Origin: Candidatus Moraniibacteriota bacterium
Lineage (GTDB): Bacteria > Patescibacteriota > Minisyncoccia > Moranbacterales > UBA2206
Length of the DNA stretch: 64,000 bases
Assembly: GCA_026396175.1 (NCBI GenBank)
Contig: JAPLXG010000008.1
Coordinates: 659 to 64,658 of the forward strand
Direction of reading: 5' to 3'
In this document: in pieces, positions 53,995-61,575 of the stretch
Layout: each line of letters starts with the position of its first letter
How positions within the stretch are numbered: position 1 is the stretch's first letter
Translations under genes and position numbers: made by a program
The notes under the pieces: generated by a model
Database searches by the model: none
What the model was told of the DNA's origin: nothing
The model's input: only the letters and a program-made list of their open reading frames with translations

Positions 53995-54213
53995 ATGAAA
54001 CTAGGAAAATATAAACATTACAAAAGTAAGAATTATGAAGTGCTTGGCATGGCGCGTCACAGCGAAACGTTTGAATGGTTGGTTGTTTATCGCGCGCTCT
54101 ATGATAGCGAAGAATTTGGCAATCATGCTCTGTGGGTTAGGCCGAAAAAGATGTTTTTGGAAAAAGTCATAATCGATGGCAAAAGAGTTCCGCGGTTTGA
54201 ATTTATCGGATGA
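53995..54213 (+). CDS. DUF1653-family protein
   Basis: 72 aa. 'MKLGKYKHYKSKNYEVLGMARHSETFEWLVVYRALYDSEEFGNHALWVRPKKMF' matches the DUF1653 consensus (YKHYKG..Y.V...A.HSET.E..VVYR.LY......WVRP..MF). Confidence 0.55.
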   Translation: MKLGKYKHYKSKNYEVLGMARHSETFEWLVVYRALYDSEEFGNHALWVRPKKMFLEKVIIDGKRVPRFEFIG

Positions 54214-54221
54214 CAAAAATA

Positions 54222-55097
54222 TTATTTCTGACACTTGGCGCAAAAGAACACACTTCTTTGCGCCATTTTTTTGCGCAAAATTTTTCCGCCACATTTTTCT
54301 GGACACGGCAATTTATCTCGACGATAAACTTTTAGGACTTCTTGAAAATGTCCCGGCGCGCCGGAAGAGTCGCGATAATCACTGTCTGATGTTCCACGCA
54401 TTTCGATGGCGAGCTTCAAGATTTTTTTGGTCGCAAGAAAAATCTTTTTGCGTTCATCCTTTTTGAGACTTTCATTTTTGCGTTCCGGCAAAACGCCGGC
54501 GGCAAAAAGAATCTCACTGCGATAGATGTTGCCAATGCCGGAAATTATGCTTTGATCGAGTAGAAAAATACCGATGAGCATTTTTGGCTTTGCATCTAGC
54601 AGTTCATTGAATTTAGCGAGTGTGAATTTCTCACTCATTGCATCAATCCCAATCTTTTTTTCTGCCAAATATTTTTCAATTTCTTTCGTTTCCAAAAGCC
54701 GCATCGTAGCAAACTTTCGCAAATCAGAAAATTCCAGAGTTTTGTTTTTATCTAAATACCAGATGTGATGAATATATTGATTAACTTTGTCGTCGAAATA
54801 ATTTGTATTTCCCTTCGTTTGTTTCTTGCTTCTTGTTTCTTGTATCTTGATGAGAAGGTGTCCCGTCATCCGCAAATGAATACGCAGCGATTTTCCATCA
54901 GAAAGATTGAGAAAAATATTTTTCCCCACCCGCTGGGCCAAAAGTATTTTTTTATTTTTCATTTCACGTTGAAATTTCAAAAGCGTTGCGCCTTTAATGG
55001 CCGAAGGAAAATCGGACCAAAACTTTGTGATAGTCAGGCCTTTGATTTTTTTATTAAAGTCAGAAACAATCGTTTCGACTTCTGGTAGTTCGGGCAT
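54222..55097 (-). CDS. mutM: formamidopyrimidine-DNA glycosylase (Fpg/MutM) with an in-frame insertion
   Basis: 291 aa. 'MPELPEVETIV' catalytic N-terminus, H2TH, C-terminal zinc finger 'CPEKCGGKILRKKMAQRSVFFCAKCQ'. The segment 'KIQETRSKKQTKGNTNYFDD' (54800-54860) is longer than in typical Fpg and carries the caagatacaagaaacaag iteron sequence. Confidence 0.8.
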   Translation of the reverse strand: MPELPEVETIVSDFNKKIKGLTITKFWSDFPSAIKGATLLKFQREMKNKKILLAQRVGKNIFLNLSDGKSLRIHLRMTGHLLIKIQETRSKKQTKGNTNYFDDKVNQYIHHIWYLDKNKTLEFSDLRKFATMRLLETKEIEKYLAEKKIGIDAMSEKFTLAKFNELLDAKPKMLIGIFLLDQSIISGIGNIYRSEILFAAGVLPERKNESLKKDERKKIFLATKKILKLAIEMRGTSDSDYRDSSGAPGHFQEVLKVYRRDKLPCPEKCGGKILRKKMAQRSVFFCAKCQK

Positions 55098-55126
55098 AAT
55101 ATTTTTATAAAAAATTTAAAAATATT

Positions 55127-55290
55127 GTCATTCTGAGCGTAGCGCAGCGGAGTCGAAGAATCTGCTATGGGTTATCGTGGGCTTTGCTATGTTTTTCGGG
55201 AGCTTACGGCAATGGATGACAGATCCCTGCCTACCGGCAGGCAGGCTTCGACTACGTCCGTCCGCCAGCTGGCGGATCGCTCAGGATGAC
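55127..55290. repeat. MITE-like inverted-repeat element, copy 3, with a nested CCTGCC...GGCAGG palindrome
   Basis: 'gtcattctgagcgtagcgcagcggagtcgaagaatctgc ... gcaggcttcgactacgtccgtccgccagctggcggatcgctcaggatgac'. The palindrome lies at 55225-55245. Confidence 0.7.
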
Positions 55291-55294
55291 ATTC

Positions 55295-56038
55295 CTAGAT
55301 AATTTCCCCTGGAATCAAATTCCACATAGTTTTATGCAAGCTCAAAAGGCTTTCATAAATTTCCTTGCTTTCAATGATGAGGCCGAATTTTTCTTTGGAT
55401 GAAACGGCGGCAATTTTGTTTTTACCATAAAGATTGAGAGTGATTGAGAGTTTGAACAAATTAGGATCCATTAGTTTCGAGCGATGCAGTCGCGCTTGGT
55501 TTGTTTTAGTCAATTCTCGAAAATGTTCGTTATCTGGCTGGATGCAATCAACCCAAACCTTTTTTTTGACCCGCGTGGCGGTAAAAACCTCATTCATCCA
55601 ATTATTATCAAACTCATTTTGCCAAACTTCCGAATACCAAGCATAGAATTTTTCGTTGGAATTGTCGAGGATATCGCGAAAGACTTCCTTGATTCCTTCG
55701 TCACCTTCAAAAAAACGAATAACAGGTTTTGTGTCAATTAAATTGGTGATTGAAAGTAATTCGGGCATCATTCGATTAACCGCTTCCATTTTTTCCTCTA
55801 GTCTATGCTTAATTTTTTGCGGATTTTCTGCGTAGTAAAAAGCTTTATTTTTCCGCTTAGATTGGCTAATTAGGCCCTTTTTCCCCAAAGATTCCACGGC
55901 CAAATAGACTGTAGTTCTTTTGACGCCCGATTTTTTGGAAATCCGCTCAACGGATGTTTCACCCAGCTCCAAAGCGGCCAAATAGACCTTGGCTTCATTG
56001 GCAGAGAGATCGAGATTTTCCAAGTCACGAAAAAGCAT
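55295..56038 (-). CDS. TrmB-family transcriptional regulator
   Basis: 247 aa. N-terminal wHTH 'LSANEAKVYLAALELGETSVERISKKSGVKRTTVYLAVESLGKKGLI' and a TrmB-like C-terminal domain. Confidence 0.65.
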   Translation of the reverse strand: MLFRDLENLDLSANEAKVYLAALELGETSVERISKKSGVKRTTVYLAVESLGKKGLISQSKRKNKAFYYAENPQKIKHRLEEKMEAVNRMMPELLSITNLIDTKPVIRFFEGDEGIKEVFRDILDNSNEKFYAWYSEVWQNEFDNNWMNEVFTATRVKKKVWVDCIQPDNEHFRELTKTNQARLHRSKLMDPNLFKLSITLNLYGKNKIAAVSSKEKFGLIIESKEIYESLLSLHKTMWNLIPGEII

Positions 56039-56291
56039 AAAATTGAGCTTAAAGCTTATTTTGTCATCAAAAATAACAACAAATATAGTATATTATAGAG
56101 GCTCAAATAAAGCAAGTCTAAAGATATTTAAAAAAAGTCATCCATAAACTATGGACAATTAGACGATTTTCTGATATACTTGTTCGTTAGGCTGAAATTT
56201 TGAATAGTTCGAAGTGGAAGCCTAGCAAAGCTCGTTGACAATTTTAAAAATCGAAAACAATCGCTTGCATAGAGAGGTATAGGGAGGAAAT

Positions 56292-56726
56292 ATGAAACAT
56301 GAAAGGGAGCAGCAGAGAATTATGGATGAAAGAACAATAGAGTTTGCAATACGAAAAGAAAAACATAGATTCGATTCAAGATTAGTAGCTGACGTTTCCA
56401 CCTTGGTTAAAACCTTCGGAATTGAAATGGTGGAGGTTCTTATAGATTTTCACACTCAGGCAATAAATCATAGGGTTGACAAAATGAGCCTTGGAAAGGC
56501 GGCTCCTTGGCACAGTGGTACTATTGCACTTAATTATCTTAATGATTTTAAGCACCTGATAATTAAACTCGATGATCCAATCGGGCACATGATTAAAAAA
56601 ACGAGTATTGCACTTAATCATTGCGAAGCTGACTACACTATTTTCTGTAGAGCATGCTATCTTTCATTTTGGAAGTATTATGTGGAAGAATATTATGACG
56701 GACTTTGTATTCGTTATCCAGTTTAA
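56292..56726 (+). CDS. hypothetical protein
   Basis: 144 aa. Strong SD (TAGGGAGGaaatATG). No recognisable motifs. Confidence 0.4.
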   Translation: MKHEREQQRIMDERTIEFAIRKEKHRFDSRLVADVSTLVKTFGIEMVEVLIDFHTQAINHRVDKMSLGKAAPWHSGTIALNYLNDFKHLIIKLDDPIGHMIKKTSIALNHCEADYTIFCRACYLSFWKYYVEEYYDGLCIRYPV

Positions 56727-56803
56727 TTAAAGTATTTATCGATCTGAGCACGCGAGAATCATCGCATCTTGCTCAAGCTAAAAAGACGAAAGGAAAAAAG
56801 AAA

Positions 56804-56953
56804 ATGGACACAGAAGGCAGAAGATCCCTGATTCAGGCTATCGCAAACTTACTGTATGTGCGTGGCGTGGAAGAGTATGAGGTGGGAGATATTTTCGATG
56901 AAGATTTTATTGATGAGGTCATCGAAGAAATGGAAACGAAAAAAAGGAAATAA
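56804..56953 (+). CDS. small acidic hypothetical protein (49 aa)
   Basis: MDTEGRRSLIQAIANLLYVRGVEEYEVGDIFDEDFIDEVIEEMETKKRK. Followed by a terminator at 56965-57000 (GGGAACcgtccatcgcgactGTTCCC followed by tttttt). Confidence 0.3.
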   Translation: MDTEGRRSLIQAIANLLYVRGVEEYEVGDIFDEDFIDEVIEEMETKKRK

Positions 56954-57018
56954 TCTAGTATGAAAAGGGAACCGTCCATCGCGACTGTTCCCTTTTTTCT
57001 ATGTTCAAAAAAGCTATT

Positions 57019-57591
57019 TCATGCAAATAATGCGCCTATCAATTTATTCAATCGCTTGCTTTTAAACTTTTTTAAATAAGATCTAAGTTTGTTTTTATCA
57101 AGTAGGGTCAAGTCCATTTCTTCCGCGTCAAATTTTGCATAGCCATTGAGCGAGAGATAGGCCAGATCCAAAAAAGCTTTTTCCGGCTGCGCAATCAGGT
57201 AGCCTTCTTTGATTTCATAGCCAAAAAACAAATCCGCTCGCAGATGGCGATAAATAAAAGTTAAGTCAGTGATTTCAACTTGGTGAGCGCGTTTTGTGGT
57301 GGCGAGGGTTAGTGCATAGGATTTTTGGCTCAAGACGCCAGTTTGTCCGAGCGCCCATTCGAAAGAGAGATAGCTCGGCGCATAGATTTCCAGCGCTAGC
57401 TTGGGAAAATCAACCTTGGCCAGATCTTGGCAATAGTAGCCCTTAATTAGGGCGATTATTTTTCCAGCTTTAACCAAGCGACTAATTGCCACGCGGAGAC
57501 TCCCATCATCCAAGTCGGCTATTTTTCTTGCGTCGGCAAAAGAGAAATAGCTTTTTTGAATTTTATTTAATTTTAGCTCTAAGTTGCTCAT
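57019..57591 (-). CDS. AbiEi-family antitoxin / transcriptional regulator (type IV TA)
   Basis: 190 aa. N-terminal wHTH 'SFADARKIADLDDGSLRVAISRLVKAGKIIALIKGYYC' and the AbiEi C-terminal domain. Overlaps the AbiEii gene by 29 nt. Confidence 0.55.
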   Translation of the reverse strand: MSNLELKLNKIQKSYFSFADARKIADLDDGSLRVAISRLVKAGKIIALIKGYYCQDLAKVDFPKLALEIYAPSYLSFEWALGQTGVLSQKSYALTLATTKRAHQVEITDLTFIYRHLRADLFFGYEIKEGYLIAQPEKAFLDLAYLSLNGYAKFDAEEMDLTLLDKNKLRSYLKKFKSKRLNKLIGALFA

Positions 57592-58264
57592 AGAGTTGCT
57601 TTATGACCGGATAATATTTTTTTGGTAAAAATACTTGCAGTTCATTTTGAAATTCCTTCTTTCCGTATTTTGGCAAATCTTTTGGCAGAATGAAATTTTC
57701 GCGCAAAGCTTTCGCAATATACCAAAGATCAAAAATATCCCGGCCCTTTTTTCGTCCAGCTAGAGCAGATTCCTTGAGTCGTTGCAACTCTTTGAGCGTT
57801 GGAACTAAAAGTAGTGGTTCAGCAATACTCAACGAACTCTTGATGAGTGCCAATTCTGTTTCTAGTTTTGGTTTACGCTGTGGCTTGTGCGCCTCAATTT
57901 TAACAGAAAAAGCATGTTTTAGTTTTTCATCACGGATACTAATTAGCGCGAACATTGTTTGGCGCTTATCCTTGAGATCTTTCAGTGTCCAGTTTGTATT
58001 ATTGTTGACTAAACTTGCGGCAAAACTTTTAAATTCCACAAAGCCTACCTTTTTCATCACCAAAAGGTCGATATCCTCGGAAAAGCGGGGGGAGCCATAA
58101 ACTAGGCGCAAAGCTGTTCCGCCATAAAAAACTAGCTTAGCGCTCAGTTTATCTTTGGAAAGTTCAGATAGAATTTCCATCTCAACTTCCTCGCGTAAAA
58201 TTTGGTCACGCGCGATGCCGAATTCTTTAATGTAAGCGCTTAGTTGGTTTTCGTTCATATTCAA
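57563..58264 (-). CDS. AbiEii/DUF1814 nucleotidyltransferase toxin (type IV TA)
   Basis: 233 aa. 'LVFYGGTALRLVYGSPRFSEDIDLL' is the DUF1814 nucleotidyltransferase signature. Confidence 0.7.
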   Translation of the reverse strand: MNMNENQLSAYIKEFGIARDQILREEVEMEILSELSKDKLSAKLVFYGGTALRLVYGSPRFSEDIDLLVMKKVGFVEFKSFAASLVNNNTNWTLKDLKDKRQTMFALISIRDEKLKHAFSVKIEAHKPQRKPKLETELALIKSSLSIAEPLLLVPTLKELQRLKESALAGRKKGRDIFDLWYIAKALRENFILPKDLPKYGKKEFQNELQVFLPKKYYPVIKQLYEQLRAKIK

Positions 58265-58326
58265 TGATACTTAATTATTAACATATTTGATAATAATAGT
58301 GTATCATATAATATAGAAGTTGTCAA

Positions 58327-59073
58327 TCATTTCTTCGCAATCTTCCAAAGTAAATCAAAATAAGTTAAATAGGATTTGCGAAAATCTTCGTTTTTTATTT
58401 CGATGCAAAACATATCATCGCCAGCTCCTGTGCCATAGGAATTGAGCGTGATGGAATCGTGCCAGATGTCAAATGATGTCGGCGAGGAATAGCCTTCCGG
58501 CAAAAAGCGATATTCAGAGTTGGCGCGTTTCACGAGCTTGGCTTCTTCAGAACTGATGTTGCCAAAAATCAGTTTTGTTTTGATATTTTTTTTCGTGCGA
58601 ATGCGATTACTTCTTTCAAACACGCCAGATTTGAGCATCAATTCCTTGAACCGCATCGCCGCGCCAGTGACAACCAGATATTGGGAATTTTCCGGCATCA
58701 GATCGTCTTTGCGCATAATCAATTCGCGGTAGGCCTTGGCGCCTTCATAGATCCTAATTTCTTGGCCTTTCTTTTGGCCGACTAATTTTGCGTTGATTTC
58801 TTCAATCAGATTATTTGCCACAATTTCTTGTTGCCTCACATTGTCCAAAATATTTTGCGGATTAGCCACGCGAAAAACCAAGCGGTTATTTTTAGTGGTT
58901 TTTAAAACCATTTTTTTATTTTCCAATCCATCAAGGGCGTCATAGGCGACTTGCCGGTGCATGCCCAGTTTTTTGATCAGCGGCCCCACCGTATTTTCGC
59001 CCAACTCCAAAAGCGCATTATAGATTTTGATTTCATTGGGTGTTAGGCCCAGTTGTTTTAGTTCGTTTTCCAT
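58327..59073 (-). CDS. TrmB-family transcriptional regulator (second copy)
   Basis: 248 aa. 'LTPNEIKIYNALLELGENTVGPLIKKLGMHRQVAYDALDGLENKKMV'. Confidence 0.65.
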   Translation of the reverse strand: MENELKQLGLTPNEIKIYNALLELGENTVGPLIKKLGMHRQVAYDALDGLENKKMVLKTTKNNRLVFRVANPQNILDNVRQQEIVANNLIEEINAKLVGQKKGQEIRIYEGAKAYRELIMRKDDLMPENSQYLVVTGAAMRFKELMLKSGVFERSNRIRTKKNIKTKLIFGNISSEEAKLVKRANSEYRFLPEGYSSPTSFDIWHDSITLNSYGTGAGDDMFCIEIKNEDFRKSYLTYFDLLWKIAKK

Positions 59074-59085
59074 AAAATTAGATTT

Positions 59086-59312
59086 CTCCTCGCCCTCCGG
59101 GAGAGGATGTCACGAGCACGTAACAGGTGAGGCTACGGAATAGTCTCTTCAATTCCTCTTCTCCCCTCGGGAGAGGATGTCATGTACTCATGACAGGTGA
59201 GGGACAGGCAATAGGTTAAGGATAGCTTAATATAAAATTAGTGTTTGGTATTTTTCAGACACACCCTCATCCGGCTTTCAGCCACCTTCTCCCGGAGGGC
59301 GAAGGGGATACA
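59086..59312. repeat. composite GC-rich hairpin element, copy c
   Basis: Two GGGAGAGGATGTC(N)GACAGGTGAGG units plus the 'ccctcatccggctttcagccaccttctcccggagggcgaagggga' module, followed by an ATTCGTA tandem motif that is also seen at 46628-46672. Confidence 0.7.
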
Positions 59313-59480
59313 GCTAGGACATTCGTATATTCGTACAAATTCGTAATTCGTAGAGATCTACACAAAATGTCCACCATCGATTTCTGTCAATCTCAAACTG
59401 ACCAAATTCCAAAAATCCCTTATCCTAGCTTAATTATACATCAGTTTAAAACTTATGTCAATATTGTCGCAAGATTACTG

Positions 59481-59509
59481 TTGACAATAATCAATATGCA
59501 TGCTATACT
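59481..59509 (+). promoter_or_regulatory. sigma70-like promoter (TTGACA-N17-TATACT)
   Basis: Perfect -35 and a good -10, 70 nt upstream of the gene at 59579, which has SD AAAAGGAGAAGGGGatATG. Confidence 0.45.
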
Positions 59510-59578
59510 CTGGAGTCAAATCAAGAAGCGGTTTCTTGAGGAGGCAAAAAATGTACATTACAAAAAGGAGAAGGGGAT

Positions 59579-59905
59579 ATGAAAAAAATAGCCATATTAA
59601 CAGGCACCTACGGATTTTACCCAGCTCAATCGATAGCTACTGTTCTGCAAAAGTTCGGCTTTACTGTTTTAATGTTTTTCAATAAAAAGATTGAGTACGA
59701 AACAAATGAGCCGATAGCAGACCTGGTTATAGTTGATGTGTGCAGCTATAACGACAGATGGAATTTCGAAAAGCATCTCAATAATAATCAAAAAGAACTT
59801 GCTTCACATATTATCAAATGTGGGTGCGAGGGGTGTACAAATAAAGATTTCGATTGGGATGAAAAATTTGACATACTAGAAAAAGCATTGATTGTTCTGG
59901 AATAA
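59579..59905 (+). CDS. hypothetical protein
   Basis: 108 aa with strong SD. 'CGCEGC' motif. Followed by the hairpin GGCGAGCACgcgtatcatcgcacTGTGCTCGCC (59951-59993). Confidence 0.4.
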   Translation: MKKIAILTGTYGFYPAQSIATVLQKFGFTVLMFFNKKIEYETNEPIADLVIVDVCSYNDRWNFEKHLNNNQKELASHIIKCGCEGCTNKDFDWDEKFDILEKALIVLE

Positions 59906-60081
59906 AAAAACTACTATGCCTAAACAATCTCTTGTCGTTATTCTCCAATTTTGTACTTTACGGCGAGCACGCGTATCATCGCACTGTGCTCGCCTCCTTT
60001 TCCCAGGTTTCAAAATTGTTTTGAGGCTTGAGATCGAGGAAAAATTTAAGCTGTATATTAACAATAAAATGAGGTGAAAAT

Positions 60082-60825
60082 ATGTCTGCTACCCAGGATA
60101 AGATGTTTGCGGATACGGCGTCGATGTATGACGCCAATTCGGAGGAATACGCCACGGCAGCTAAAAGGGAATTGCGAGAGCTGACTCTTAGCCCATCCCT
60201 GATTGAGCATTTGGGCGATCTCTCTGGAAAGAGAGTGCTGGACATTGGTTGTGGAACCGGAAACTCCAGCCGCTTGACACTTTCGTGCGGAGCACGGGAA
60301 GTCACTGGCATTGATATCTCCGAAAAGGAAATTATTACTGCGAGAGAGATCGACAATGGGAAAATGATCGCATATTTTGTCGGGAATGCTATTGATGACT
60401 TGAGTAATTTGGGAAAATTCGATCTGGTAACAGCAGTATTATCTGTGCATTACTGCACTGACAAAGGTATGTTGGAAAAATTATTTTCTAACGTTCAGAA
60501 AGTTCTGAAACCCGGCGGTGAATTCTTAGCAGTCGTGGTGCCGTTCGCCGAGTATGATGGTTACGGAGTGATAATTTCATCTCCGACCGGCCAAGAAGGC
60601 GAGCTGTCGAATGTGTCACTTTTAGATTTTCAGGGCCACAAGTTTTTGGACTTCGATGACATTTATTGGAGCGAGAAAACTTACCAGGAAGTCCTGGAAA
60701 AAATAGGTTTTTCTGTCGAGTGGCTTCCGTGCATTGTGGCGGAAGAGGGAATCCAAAAATATGGCGAAAGTTTTTGGAAAAAATTTCTAGACGATCCGAT
60801 TTACAAAATTTTTTTGGCGAAATAA
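60082..60825 (+). CDS. class I SAM-dependent methyltransferase
   Basis: 247 aa. Motif I 'VLDIGCGTGNSS', post-I acidic 'GIDISE', motif II 'FDLVTAVLSVHY'. Confidence 0.7.
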   Translation: MSATQDKMFADTASMYDANSEEYATAAKRELRELTLSPSLIEHLGDLSGKRVLDIGCGTGNSSRLTLSCGAREVTGIDISEKEIITAREIDNGKMIAYFVGNAIDDLSNLGKFDLVTAVLSVHYCTDKGMLEKLFSNVQKVLKPGGEFLAVVVPFAEYDGYGVIISSPTGQEGELSNVSLLDFQGHKFLDFDDIYWSEKTYQEVLEKIGFSVEWLPCIVAEEGIQKYGESFWKKFLDDPIYKIFLAK

Positions 60826-60916
60826 AGGAGGGAAATATTCGAAAAAATCAAAAGGAGTTGCCAAACATTGTAACTCCTTTTTTCTATGACAAAAAAATAA
60901 AACAAAAAGGCTACTC

Positions 60917-61243
60917 CTAAAGTAATGCATCAATGGCAATTTTTAGTTCCGGCAGATTTTCCGTGCAAGTTTTCCAGACTGTTTCCGGAATCACGCCAAA
61001 ATATTCGTGGATTAGGACATTTCGCATATCAATCATATCCCGCCAAGGGATTTGCGGATTAGCGTCGCGAAAATCTTGGCTCATTTTTCCAGCCGCTTCG
61101 CCGATAATTTCTAGGTCACGAACAACTGCCTTCAGAAGGATTTTGTTTTCCAAAAACTCAGCGTAAGTTATTCCACTAATTGCTTCATTGATATCGTTGA
61201 TTGAATCGCGGATATGTTTGAGGTAGATTAGATTATTTTTCAT
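60917..61243 (-). CDS. hepT: HepT-like (DUF86) RNase toxin
   Basis: 108 aa. RX4HXY motif 'MRNVLIHEY'. Confidence 0.7.
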   Translation of the reverse strand: MKNNLIYLKHIRDSINDINEAISGITYAEFLENKILLKAVVRDLEIIGEAAGKMSQDFRDANPQIPWRDMIDMRNVLIHEYFGVIPETVWKTCTENLPELKIAIDALL

Positions 61244-61538
61244 AAATAGTTTTGGCGTTATTGAGCACTTCTTCGCGGAAGTATTTGCTAAGAGCGGAAG
61301 GGGTGAGAAGGTCTATTTTTTTACCGCTAAATTCAGAAAGTCTTCTTTGGATGCGCACAAACTCAAAAAGGCCAATTGGCGCATCAGGCCTAAATTCAAT
61401 AAGGACATCTACATCACTGTCTGGACGCGGATTGCCATAAGCTTGAGACCCAAAAAGAGACACTTTTAAAATATCCTCTTTATTAGGATCGGCTTCGACG
61501 GCCTCGCAAATAATTTTTTCTAATTCTTCTTTGCTCAT
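61233..61538 (-). CDS. mntA: MntA-like nucleotidyltransferase antitoxin
   Basis: 101 aa. 'FGSQAYGNPRPDSDVDVLIEF' (GSx10DxD minimal nucleotidyltransferase motif). Overlaps hepT by 11 nt. Confidence 0.7.
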   Translation of the reverse strand: MSKEELEKIICEAVEADPNKEDILKVSLFGSQAYGNPRPDSDVDVLIEFRPDAPIGLFEFVRIQRRLSEFSGKKIDLLTPSALSKYFREEVLNNAKTIYEK

Positions 61539-61575
61539 AGGCTCAGTCTAGCATATTTTTTATCTCTTGCAAAAC

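Noticed and set aside
59241-59582. 113-aa ORF spanning the composite repeat and promoter region
   Set aside because: Its translation is dictated by the GC-rich repeat modules (HPHPAFSHLLPEGEGD, the same peptide-like read-through seen at other copies), and it contains a near-consensus promoter for the next gene. It is most likely non-coding.
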